Positions 13,493 through 26,588 of a stretch of DNA of 64,000 bases are shown here, piece by piece. How positions within the stretch are numbered: the stretch's first letter is position 1; every line of letters begins with the position of its first letter. Both the position numbers and the translations under genes were made by a program. The stretch spans positions 293,632,001-293,696,000 of the forward strand of contig NW_027362771.1 in assembly GCF_046119375.1 (NCBI RefSeq). Reading direction: 5' to 3'. This stretch comes from Phyllobates terribilis. Taxonomy: Eukaryota. The notes under the pieces were generated by a model, which made no database searches, was not told the DNA's origin, and saw nothing but the letters and a program-made list of their open reading frames with translations.

Positions 13493-13901
13493 AGGGGTTG
13501 TCCACTACTTGGACAAGCCCTTCTCAAACCCCAACCATAATTTCTCTATGTAAAATAGCAGCAGCTATACTCACCTTCAGAGCTGCGATGTTCCAGCTGC
13601 ATATACTCTCCCAAGGCTTGCGCGATATTGTCACGTGAGCCCTACAGCCATTGTGCGGTCACTTCCTTCGGATGAAACGGACAGCTGCTGCTCTCCAACT
13701 TCAGCTGAGTGTCACTATCGTCTGAAGGAAGTGGCAACTGATTATGGCAGCAGGGCTAGCTTGACATTGTCACACAATCCCCAGGAGAGCAGGTGCCGAC
13801 ATCGCTGGAACGATGCTTACACTGGAGGGGAGTGTAGCTATTATTTCACATAGGGGAACTAACATGAATCAGAAAGGTTGTTTAAGTAGTGGACAACTCC
13901 T
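13493..13901. mobile_element. Kolobok/T2-like MITE
   Basis: TTAA-flanked TIR AGGGGTTGTCCACTACTT ... AAGTAGTGGACAACTCCT. Confidence 0.75.
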
Positions 13902-14692
13902 TTAAGTCTTTGTGCACTTGCCAGTGACTTCTCTATGAATGTTTGTGCATTACAAAGAGAAGAAAGCCTAGTACTTAGAGGCATGAACCTTGGCTATCTG
14001 CAGAAAAGAAGTGATCTATCACCCCAGAAGTTAACCTCACTCTCCATAGCAGCCTGTGAAAACTCTTAGTGACTTCCTGAGTTTAGTAGCATGGTGTGCA
14101 CTGGTCAGAAGTCATTATATCCATGGACTATTCCCATGTGGTTCTGTCAGGAGTAATTAGCAGTGTGGAAGTCAAAAAGAAAAGCATTAGGAGTGTTTCA
14201 AATAAAGAAATCTAGTTTAAGTAAGCGCACAGCTACACACACAAACAGACGGAAGCTTTTCAAACAGATGTCAGAAAAATCCCAACTTCGTGCAAGATTC
14301 TTAGAAGTGGAAAACATTCTGTAATTTACAGGCAAAAACACCCATCCATCCACAGACCAGAAACAGGATATATTCAGTATATAAAGTGCTGTAAACTTCA
14401 AAAAGGCGGACCCTGAATGTGCAATGTTTTATAAAGGTCTCCAAATGACTTCGATTTTACATAAAACAGTTGCCCTAGTTGTGTGAGAAGTTTACACAAA
14501 AAGCAAACACACCACTTTTTTTTTTTTTAAAGATTTTTAGCTTTTAATATTTAAAGGCTTACCATAATTAATACCGAACACACACCATATTAAATAGATG
14601 TATTTTACATGAGTTTCTGAGAAGAAAAAAAAGAGCACATTTATAAGAGTTAATGAAGGCTTAACCAACCTTGGATTCCCTTTAATGCAGAA

Positions 14693-15031
14693 AAGGGTTG
14701 TCAGCAGCGTAATGTAGGAAAAGAAACCCTGAATTCAGTAATGTATCACTTAGTTTACTGGGTGTAGCAGAGCTCAGAAAGCTAACCCCGCCACCACCAC
14801 AGCCTTCGGTGTACATTGTATAGTGACAGTGAGCTGCTTACTACATGAGTGGGAGTAGTCGGTCTAGCAGGTAAGACCTACTCCAGCAGTGATAATGTCC
14901 TGGTCATAAAACTTTCATAGTAAGTAAACAGCACACAGCCTGATAAGTGATACATTGCTGAATTCCGTGTTTTAACCCCTACCTCATGCTGTCCTCAGAT
15001 TACATATCAAAAACCTGCTGACAGATTCCCT
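14693..15031. mobile_element. Kolobok/T2-like MITE (AGGG..TGTCAGCAG family)
   Basis: AGGGTTGTCAGCAG ... CTGCTGACAGATTCCCT|TTAA. Related copies lie at about 33452-33855, ending at 46881, and about 48850-49295. Confidence 0.6.
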
Positions 15032-15749
15032 TTAAGACATGAACTAATGCTCCCTCCACACGTGGATGATGCCGACTAGATTACATAACCGACATCCGTC
15101 TCTGCCACTGACAATCTTGGACAGCGGCATTTAAATGCAATGTGCTCATCAGTATCAGCTCTCATCAACCACCTGTAATGCAATTATGGGGGATGGAGAG
15201 GTTATTATGACAGATGGGTGTGGGGGGGGGGGGGTCTGCTGAAGGCCTTTTGCTGTCAACTTGGTACTCCTGTGAAGCTCAGCTATGTGTTAGGCCTCAA
15301 AGGAAACCGGGCTTTACACTATATACAGCAATACTGTTGTACTACAGTATATAGTTACAAGAGATCAGACCATCTCACAGGTTCAAGACCCCTAAAGAAG
15401 GCTAAACAAAACAAATGTAGAAGTAAAAATAAAGTTCTTAAAAATATGAAAAGAAAAAAAAAATTCAAATCACCATCATGTCCCAATCAAAAATAAAAGG
15501 AAAGAAAAAACCCAAACACATGGTAGAGCAACGCTCACTAAAGTCCAATCAAAATATGGAATTAACCTCTGAGGTAAACACTGCAAAGAGAACAAAAAAT
15601 AAAAAGCCATCAAAAACATCATATATAGAAGAATTTTTTTCTTCAATTAATTTTAAAGTCAAATTACTACACAAAAAACAAGCAATCATCCAGGTCCATA
15701 AAAATAAAAAAAGATAGCGATTTCGGAAAATGTCGTCAAATCAAAAAAA

Positions 15750-16031
15750 AGTAACAGCAAGTGCTCGATACTCGAGTTTGCCTAGGAGGCTCGGGCATGC
15801 ACAGAGTAGAGTGGGGGCTCGAATGACGTTTGAGTCCCGGTGGACGCATGTTTCTCAGCTGTTAAAGTCGCAAAACATGCGGGGATTGCCCGTGTATGTC
15901 TGCCAATCCCCGCATATTTTATGGCTGTCCAAGAACGGCAAAACATGCGGCCGCAGGGACAAAAACATGTCACTCGAGCACCCGCGATATTCGGTACATA
16001 CCCGAGTAACGAGCACTTGCGCTCAACACTA
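15750..16031. mobile_element. hAT-like MITE (right TIR GCTCAACACTA; left end decayed)
   Basis: Palindromic GTGCTCGATACTCG ... CGAGTAACGAGCAC. The right terminus is identical to that of the hAT element at 31264-32679. Confidence 0.6.
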
Positions 16032-16369
16032 GTAATATCTTATGCAGGTTTGGCATCGCTGCAGGTCATGACTGACCTGGACATTTATGTTTCTACTTGT
16101 TTTTACTGCATAATGAATATCGTAAAAACAAAACCCGAATTTTATTTATTTTTCACCATTTCATCCCACTTGGAATTTTTTCCCCAGTTTCCCATTAGTA
16201 CATTGTTTTCCAAATTCAAATTCGTCCCACAAAAAACAAGCCCTCACACGTCCGTCCGTACTGACTACGTGGATTTTTTTTTTTTTTAAGCAATGGCTCT
16301 TGGAAAAAAAAAAAGGTGAGGAAAAAAAAATGAAAGCGCAAAAACAAAGAATTCACTGGTGCTTTAGGC

Positions 16370-17410
16370 CAGAGGTACCCAACCGCCAGTCCGCGGACCA
16401 GGACCGGGCCGTTGGGGTTTTTCAGCCGGTCCGCGGCACCGCCACAGACAATCACTAAACATTGACAGTGTGCTCTGGTCTGCGGTGGCTCAGAGCACAC
16501 TGTGTGGGGTGGATGCTGCCCGCTGTTCTAGACTCCCGCAGGGTAGACCTGTAGAGGACCTGTGATGACATCAAGGTACATAACTGTGATGTCACCACAG
16601 GTCCTGAAGCAGGATGAAGCAGGGGTGGAACTACCGCCCGTGCAGCCGGTTCATTGAACGGGGGCCCGAGGGAGAGGGGGCCCCTCCAGCCTCCAGCAGG
16701 GCCGCCATCAGGGCATGACTGCCCTGACTCCAGTATGGGGCCCGGCCGGTAGGAGCCCCCTCGGAGCCCCCCTCTTGTGCGTCTCTCTCCTCATGGGGCC
16801 CCCGGCCCCATGCAAAGCGCCGGGTCCAGGAATCTCATAATTCCTCTGACTTCCGGTCATGTGACGGCGCCGTCACATGACCGGAAGGCTGGAGAACCTG
16901 GTGTCAGCGATTTGGACGAGCGCCAGGATTCTGCAGGGATCGCATGGGGGTAAGTATAACAAGTTTTATTTTTTTTTTAAATACAATTAACTAGGAGTGG
17001 GGGGAATGGGAGATGCACATGGGGGGGGTTATGTTTACATAACTTTGTTGCCTTATGAAGGGCGGGGGGGCCCCCTAAAATTTCTTGCACAGGGGCCCAC
17101 TACAGTCTGTGTCCGCCCCTGGGATGAAGTAAATGCAGCTGAACAGCAGCTGTCAGGACAGCTGCCCTGTCCTGCTGCAGGGCGTGATGGGGCCTCAGTG
17201 ATGCGGCTCCTGGCACAGCACATTATGTGGGGCTCCTGGCGGGGACCTGGTCTACACTATATGATAAGTATGCACTAAACTCCAAATCCCTCCATTACCC
17301 CGCCCCCATATGACCAAAGCCCCGCCCACCCCACCCCCTCCTTGCTGGGCCATGGAAAAATGATCTTGCTTCAAGCCGGTCCCTGGTGCAAAAAAGGTTG
17401 GGGACCACTG
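16370..17410. mobile_element. hAT (Charlie-like) non-autonomous element
   Basis: TIR CAGAGGTACCCAACC / GGTTGGGGACCACTG with a perfect 8-bp TSD CTTTAGGC (16362-16369 and 17411-17418). Confidence 0.9.
16620..17121. mobile_element. hAT non-autonomous element nested inside 16370-17410
   Basis: TIR CAGGGGTGGA / TCCGCCCCTG with a perfect 8-bp TSD GGATGAAG (16612-16619 and 17122-17129). Confidence 0.9.
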
Positions 17411-18685
17411 CTTTAGGCTACGTTCCCACGATGAGCTTTTGGTTAGTTTTTGACGCAGTGTTTTTTGCTGCATCGGAAATGCAGCATCTTACAGTTCCAG
17501 CAAAATGGATGGGATTTCTAGAAATCTCCTGCCCACCGTGCTTCCTTTAATGCTGCATAAACTGACTTGCGGTGCGTTTTTCAAATCCGCAGTAAGTCGA
17601 TTTCTCTTGTGGGTACACTGAGTTTTCTGTGCGGAATTTCCCCATAGTCTTGCATTAGGTGCAGACATTCCACAGACGAAAAAAAAAAATGTAAATGCGT
17701 TTTTAGTGCGTTTCCACGGTGAAAACGCATCAAAAATACATGTAATCTATACCTATGTCAAAGTTGTCAGAGAAAAAAAAAGGAGGTATCAAAAACAAAG
17801 CAACTTTATTTAAAAGCATGATACACCAAAACACACAAAAAAACACAGGGTCAAAAACATGGTTAAAAAAAAGAAAAACAACAAAAAAAAAAAAGACGCA
17901 TTCACAAAAAAGCAGTGAAAAAAAACTCACGTAAACCCAATTTAAATAATAGGTGCAGAAATTCACTTTAAGCTCATTGTAGGAAAGAAGCCTAAAAGGT
18001 CCTGGCCCTTAATACACAACTTAGCCAAAATTAGCCATAATTTGACACAAATATGAACGGCTTGTTTTTTGCCATCCTCTAGTTTTGAATGACCCCACTC
18101 ATTTAGCTTTTAAAATTTACTAAAAAAGGAGAAATAGGAAAAAAAAAAAAAAAAAAAAGCAGCAATTGCCTCAGTTTTTTGGGTTTTGTTTTTATAGTGC
18201 AGTAAAAACAACCTAGAAACATAAATTATCCAGGTTAGCCACATTACATTTTTTTTTTCCCATATGATGACATTTTACGAAATCCTGAACATTTTTTTTT
18301 ATTTTTCAGTCATTGGAGCTGTAGGAAGTCAAATACAGAATTTGATATGAAGGGTCACCAACATCCATGTAGTGTTACTTGACTTAGTACAGGGATCCCC
18401 AACATGTGGCTCGCAGGTCCCTGCTGTGTGGCTTGAGGCTGCTAGTGCCAAGCAAAAGAGCCAGGAGCAGGACGAGCCATAAAGAGGTTATAGCTGCCTC
18501 CTCCACCTTGCTGGTGAGGTCATTCCCCTCAGCATGTTGCTAGCTCAGCCTCCTGTTGTGTGTGTGCACTCAGCATTGTAGGACAGCGAGAGGAGAGCAC
18601 AGACACTTTACATGGGCTGTCTCCACTGCTTATCTAGTGAGTGCTAGTAGCAGCCTACGCAGACACAGACTGCTCTCAGCTGTAA

Positions 18686-19061
18686 GGCTACGTGACCATG
18701 ATCAGGATATAGCAGCGTTTTGGAAGCAGCGTATTTTCGCTGCTTCCAAAAACGCTGTGTTCTAATCACGCAGGTAAATCTGCATGTGTTCATTGAACAA
18801 TGCAGATTTACCACATCCTATACATTCTATTGGGAAAATTTCTGTTGCGGAGACTAGTGTCTCCACAACAGAAACGGGCATGCTGGGGCTCATAAAGCCG
18901 CACCACCGGTGAGTTTATGCGGCATCAAATAGAAGCACAGTAGGCATGGGATTTCTATAAATCCCAGATACTGTGCTTGTAATGTAGAACGCAGCATTTT
19001 GGATGCAGCGCAGGTGAGCTGCGTCCAAAACGCTGCTATTCCGGATCATGGGCACATACCC
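18686..19061. mobile_element. PIF/Harbinger-like MITE
   Basis: TAA|GGCTACGTGACCATGATC ... GATCATGGGCACATACCC|TAA. The interior resembles 24261-24605 and 38877-39241. Confidence 0.75.
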
Positions 19062-19744
19062 TAATAGGCTACTTATCAAGTGAGTGCTAGTAACAATGCA
19101 CACAGCACAGATTTCCCCCAGCTCCTCAATCACTTCTGATAGAGGAGAGTGTATGTCCTTCCTGTGTCTGCACATGGTACAAGAATGCAGAGCTGCTAAC
19201 CAGAGGGAGAGCTGGGGGATTGATGGTTCCCTCAAGCTCACTCAGATAAGCAGCATATGTACCCACAGAACCATGCTGAATATCCCTCAGCCAAATTATA
19301 TTAAAGGGAATGTCCACTTTCAGTAAAGTAGTCCCTAACGTGTGAAAAGTACATAGACTCATCCGGTATTCCCTGCACACACCTGATGCTGTGACTACAT
19401 TGATAACGGCACATCAATGCATCACCGCTCTAGCCAGGCAGTTGCTGAGCTCAGTGCCCATGTAGGAGGGCGACGACACACGACACTGAGCTCAGTGACT
19501 GGCTGACTAGAGTGGTGACATGTGCTATTGACGTGACATCACCCCTCTAGTAACAACACCAGGACCACAGTAGTGGCAGAAGCCAGATCTGGACTTTGGG
19601 ATGGACTTTTTGTACTTTACACTTTGGGGACTATTGGAAATTTGACAACCCCTTTAAGAATGGAAAAACTAAGGATACGTGATCTGACAGGTGCTACCAT
19701 TATTTGTATGTCCTTATTGTGTGAGAAATTGTATAATTTAATTA

Positions 19745-20183
19745 CCGTTCTTTGCGGATTATAAAAGATGCACCCCAAATTTTGGGAAGGAAAATCCGAA
19801 AAATATTTTTTTTTACTAAAATGGTGGTGCGTCTTATAATCCACTTTTACGGTAGCTGACCTGGGAAGGTGCGGTGGCGATGAAGGGGGGCCTTTGGTGG
19901 CCATTTTCCCTTCCCAGAATCCACTGCATTGAAAAGCATTGGAAGTGCAGGGCTCTGGGCTTTCACAAAATGTTGGTGGAGCCCCTGCTGAGCCTAACAC
20001 CCCCCCTACCAGCCTGGGACCCGCAGCATCGCTCCACTCCTGCCAGATGCTTCCTGCAGCAGTGACTCAGGGACCCTGCTTTACTGCAGCCAGTAGGCTA
20101 CATTCAGATTATAAGACACATCCCCATTATCCCCTCAAATTTTTTGGGGAAAAAAAGTGCTTCTTATAATCAGACAAATATGG
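19745..20183. mobile_element. Tc2/pogo-like MITE
   Basis: TA|CCGTTCTTTGCGGATTATAA ... TTATAATCAGACAAATATGG, an imperfect CCGTATTT-type TIR. Confidence 0.65.
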
Positions 20184-20187
20184 CATA

Positions 20188-21729
<1,542 letters not shown>

Positions 21730-21843
21730 TATGTGCATCAGGCGCTGGGGGTGTAATTGATGCACTATCAGCCTTAGGGCTCATGCACCAATTTTCTCGT
21801 TTGAGTGCTATCCGTGGTTTTCAAGGATAGCACTTGTACTTAA

Positions 21844-22911
21844 AGCGCACCTGTCAGCAGGATTGTGCTCAGTAAACTACATACACTGTCAGGGGGTGAC
21901 ATTACATTGATTAAAGGGGTTGTCCACTACTATTAATAATTGGGCAATCTATTTTTATATGTTGAAAAGAAGCATCTTTGTAAATACATTGCATTGCTAT
22001 TACTGCCTACTGCCTATGAGCGGCGCTATGGCTGGAACGTGACCCCCGGCTGCTTGTTATGTGAAGTTCTGGATTCAGCCGGGGGTGTCTCACTGCTGTG
22101 TTACACGGTGAGTGATGGGCTGTTGGCAGAGTTACCCCGCACGTCACACCCAGCATCCACTGTGCGCTCTCCCTCTCCTCATTCATTGGGAAAGCACACG
22201 GTGGATGCTGAGCTGTGGACGGGGTTACCCCACACGTCACTGATGTCATGCCTCACTTAACGTGACATCAGGGTGGGAGAGGGGGAGGGGGGGTCACGTG
22301 ATTGCTGTGAGCGGCCAGCTATAGCGCTGCTTACAGGCAGTAACAGCAACGCAAGGTATTTACAGAGATACTTCTTTTCAACATAAAAATAGATTGGCCA
22401 GTTATTAATAGTATTGAACAACCCATTTTATATGCCTTAGTTGATGAAATCCATCCTGTGGTTCTTGTGTAATCTTTACTTTCAGTTTGGAGATAATGAT
22501 ATGCTTGTGCTTCAGGGCAGGACTGTGGGGGGCGCTCTATCTGGTGCTCTGATTACATATTCATCTGTATGCTCTTATGACCGCTCATTGTGCCTTCACT
22601 GACCTGCCTCCTATTTTACCTAGCCCTGCACTACTAGATGCATTATGTAAAATAGGAGACAGGTCAGTGAATGATTAGTGAGCTGTCATAAGAGCATACA
22701 GATGAATATGTAATCAGAGCACCAGATAGAGCGCCCCCCACAGGCCGCCCCAAAGCACAAGCATATCATTATCTCCAAACTGAAAGTAAAGATTGCACAA
22801 GAACCACAGCACGGATTTCATCAAATAAGGTATTATGTTACTCAGTGTAATGGCGCCCACCTGACAGTGTATGTGGTTTACGGAGCACAATCCTGCTGAA
22901 CGGTGCACGCT
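21844..22911. mobile_element. Fold-back Kolobok/T2-like MITE containing a second TTAA-targeting MITE (about 21915-22427)
   Basis: Outer TIR AGCGCACCTGTCAGCAGGATTGTGCTC / GAGCACAATCCTGCTGAACGGTGCACGCT, with long arms at 22440-22630 versus 22650-22830. The inner element reads TTAA|AGGGGTTGTCCACTAC ... GTATTGAACAACCCAT. Confidence 0.75.
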
Positions 22912-24260
22912 TTAGGATATTCTATGAGGCTGTGCACATGTCTTATCAAACTTTGACCACAGTCTGATTAGAATACCCAAACAGTTTCTCTCAGATGTGG
23001 AGAAGTGGTCACGTGACCCACCCTTAGGCCGAATTTAGTCATCCATGCTTCATAGCCTGGGCACAGACTACAGCGCACGGACTGACCACCATTAAGGATC
23101 CAGCAGGACTGTCCTGAATTTGGGGAGCTGTCTGACTGGAGGTTAAGGGTTCTTCAACCGTATCGGTCTTCTCAGGACATGGATACTGCTAAATAGAACG
23201 GTGGAGCAGGAAACCATGACTCCTCCACCATTCAGTCTATGCAGAGACTGGAGATCCGGCCAGGACCCTTTGGTGCTTTTACCCAAATATGAGAAAATTG
23301 CAGTACGAAAGTTTTGTTGTATGTTGTTGCCACGTGACCTAAAAGGTCCTGGCAGGATATTCAGTCTCTGCACAGACGGCACTGTGGTGGAGACATCCAA
23401 TGGCTGTCAGCAGAGATGAGGAGCAGGATACATGCAAGGTGTGTGTTGATATAGCAGAGCTGTGTGTACACTGTGGAGATATACTGTATGTGGGGGGCAT
23501 GAAAATGGCACCATATTGTGCGGAAACACTAACTGGCTTCAGTAATAAGTCATTCCATGTCAAGTGACCCAAATCAGAATATTTTTTTTTTTTTTTTTTT
23601 TTTTAAGTGCTACTTTAGTGAATTACAAAAAGTTTTGCATTTTTATCTTCATTAGTTATTTTATAGATTTCTAAAGTTTTGAACGTCTGAATTTTGGGCT
23701 TGTATGATGTTACATTTTTTTAGCATATCTCGGGTTAGAAATAATAATAATAAAGATAAAGAAATGGGAGGGGCGCCATTTTGTTTACAATGGTGCAGGC
23801 TTTAATTTAATGTCACAAGATTAGGTTTGTTGATATTTTGTTTTTGAGGAGTCAAATTCAATATTTTGATGCTCAATTTTAGTATGTTAAAAAAAATTTA
23901 AAAAATGCATTTGTGTTACTTGAGTTCTTGGTTACATTTGTATAAGGATTTAAGTTGGGCTCTCCTTGGGATCATATTTTTAAGTGTGATTTTCTAAATA
24001 CAGTCTCATCCTAATCATATGTTTACTACTAAAGTAAAAGCAGCAATAGTAATTATTTTATTATTACGACACTAGACTAGATAGTAGTTAAATCATCAAG
24101 CTTTAAAATAAAACAAAATGAACCAGTCTGAACAATTAATAGTAAGTCTTTACACTGAGCTTTTATTATCAATTCGTCCCTTCTACTGGGCAAGACTTCA
24201 TCTGGTCCACAATCTCTTACTAACAATGGCTGTTTGGGTCCGAGTTTGTGCGGCCTGTAA

Positions 24261-24605
24261 GGGTATGTACCCACGGTCAGGAGCTGCCTGCGGCCGGGAC
24301 GCTGTAGAATAGCCGCACAGCTTCCGCCCTCATTATGCAAATCAGCAGTAATTGTTTTTTTACATGCGGACTTTCCTTATAGATGTTAATCTATAGGAAA
24401 CCACATGCGGACCCACAAGGGAAATTGACATGCTGCGGATCTGAAAGACGCGCCGCATGTTAGTTTCCGTGGAGGATCTGCAGGTGCAGAGTCGCATAGT
24501 GGACATGGGATTTCTACAAATCCCATCCACTGTGCTGTAACATCTGGCCGCTGCGGGTTTGAAGCTCCATAACACGCAGCGGCTCCTGACCGTGGACACA
24601 TACCC
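24261..24605. mobile_element. PIF/Harbinger-like MITE
   Basis: TAA|GGGTATGTACCCACGGTCAGG ... CCTGACCGTGGACACATACCC|TTA. Confidence 0.8.
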
Positions 24606-25032
24606 TTATGGGGCTTGGGTCCACCTGAGTTATATCTGATTTTTGTTAACTTTTAATATGTCTGGTTTTCTTGGATACACAAAGGATGGGGATGGACCAT
24701 ATGGATGCAGAAAAGTCACTTCTTCATTAGCATAATCTTTGGAGAGTCCATTGGCCAGCTAGCAGCGCCAATCATATTCACAGGTCACATAACCAGTTAT
24801 GTCATCCATTGCCAGTCTTGTGCCACCTTCAATCACTTCACTGTCATCGCCGAATGAAAAAAATCCTTGTTTTTATTTCTGTTTCAGTCAATGGAATGAA
24901 AGCAGTATTGCCGAGTCCCTTTAACCAATGTTTTAACAAACTCGCCTCTTCTTGGTCCCGCTCTGTACAATACATGAGCTGGCTGTTAGGAATATGTTTC
25001 TCACTCCAGATGAAAAGTTGCATGGGAGTTAA

Positions 25033-25363
25033 TGGGATTTTCCCACGAACAAAAGTTCATTTTAATAATAGTCTGTGCCTGACCGTGTACAGAGCGTACC
25101 ACATCTCCTGGGCAGGGGAGGAAGCAATAGACCATACAGATATTACAGCTCGGGATCGCAGAGGATTCATTTTGTGAGGTAAAACATTTCCCTGCTTGTT
25201 TTAAAACAATATTTTACCTCACAAAATGAATCCTCTGCGCTCCCCTGCTGTAATATCTGTATGGTCTTTTGCTTCCTCCCCTGCCCAGGAGCTGTGGTAT
25301 GTTCTGTACACGGTCAGACACAGACAATTATTAAAATTAACTTTTGTTTGTGGAAAAACCCCT
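25033..25363. mobile_element. Almost fully palindromic MITE (Kolobok-like)
   Basis: About 150-bp inverted arms around a short loop at 25185-25210, with TTAA on the left. Confidence 0.7.
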
Positions 25364-26375
25364 CAGATTTGGTCTGAAATCTGGAAGCTGTGACTGGATG
25401 GGTGGAGCGCAGTTTGCGCGGGAAGATCTGAGTGTGTGTATAAAGCTCATCTCCTGGTCCAGGCAGCTGCTCGTCGTGTTTAGATGCAGCTGAATCATCC
25501 CTCCCAAAATCTAAAAAATATAGATTTTTTTTATGTGGAAACAGACCCTACACTTTTAGACCAGATCTGAATTTAAGATTCTCAAATTGATACTGTTTAT
25601 ATAGGGCGTGTTATTTTTTTTTTTACAGTATGATCTTTAGAGCCCAACTTGGATTTTGGGACAGATGTGGCTAGGACCATAGGAGGCACATGGGATTTTC
25701 TGCAAATTTAATACCGATTTTTTAGAAATGCGTTTTGAAATTTTGAGTTTAATATTTTACCCATGCGGAATCAAAGCTAATCTTGCTGCATATCTGTTGA
25801 AAACCTGCACTGTTCTGAGTTGATTGGTGTTTTCCCATTTCTCCATCTTGTTTCTTGCCTGAGTTACGAGGAGCAAAGTAAAAGGCATGCAACACAGAAA
25901 TTCACTTTTTTTTTTATCACAACCTTGAAAATTTATTTAAAAAAACATTTTCACATTTCGCATCCGCTAACAGAGTATTACCAAAGAACAAATTATCAAA
26001 AGAATTAAAAATATAGTGGCAATATTCATTGGTTCACTTGACATGGAAGAGCAATATTTCAGTATGGACGCATATGTGAAGTTCGGGTACTGACTTAGGG
26101 TAAAATAAGAATTGTCACGCCTCAGTAAGTGGCCCGCTTCTTATCTTCCATAGTTGGTAGGTATATGCCTAGGAGTTCTGGAGAGCCGCGGTTACTCGGT
26201 GCATCACCGGAGGGCTGAATTCATCCTAAGGCCTTATTCACACATTCATATCACCGTCTGAAACTTGATTTAATGACAGACTGTGGTTCTGGTCTCCTGA
26301 ACTTAACAGTTTCATGAGGCTGCTGAGTTCAGGCCAGGAGTCCGGCAGTCAATCAAAAAAAAAAAAAACCCCAGT

Positions 26376-26588
26376 GTATGGGGGGGGGGGGGACCACTGG
26401 CTTAGTATGTATGGGGGGGGGAAGACCACTGGCTTAGTATGTATGGGGGACCACTGGCTTAGTATGTATGGGGGGGGGGGGGGGGGGGGGAGACCACTGG
26501 CTTAGTATGTATGGGGGACCACTGGCTTAGTATGTATGGGGGGGGGGGGGGGGGGGGGGGGGGAGACCACTGGCTTAGTATGTATGGG
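26376..26588 (+). repeat. Compound minisatellite: 21-bp core ACCACTGGCTTAGTATGTATG alternating with poly-G runs
   Basis: Six cores; the G-run lengths are 13, 9, 5, 21, 5, 26 and 3. Confidence 0.95.
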
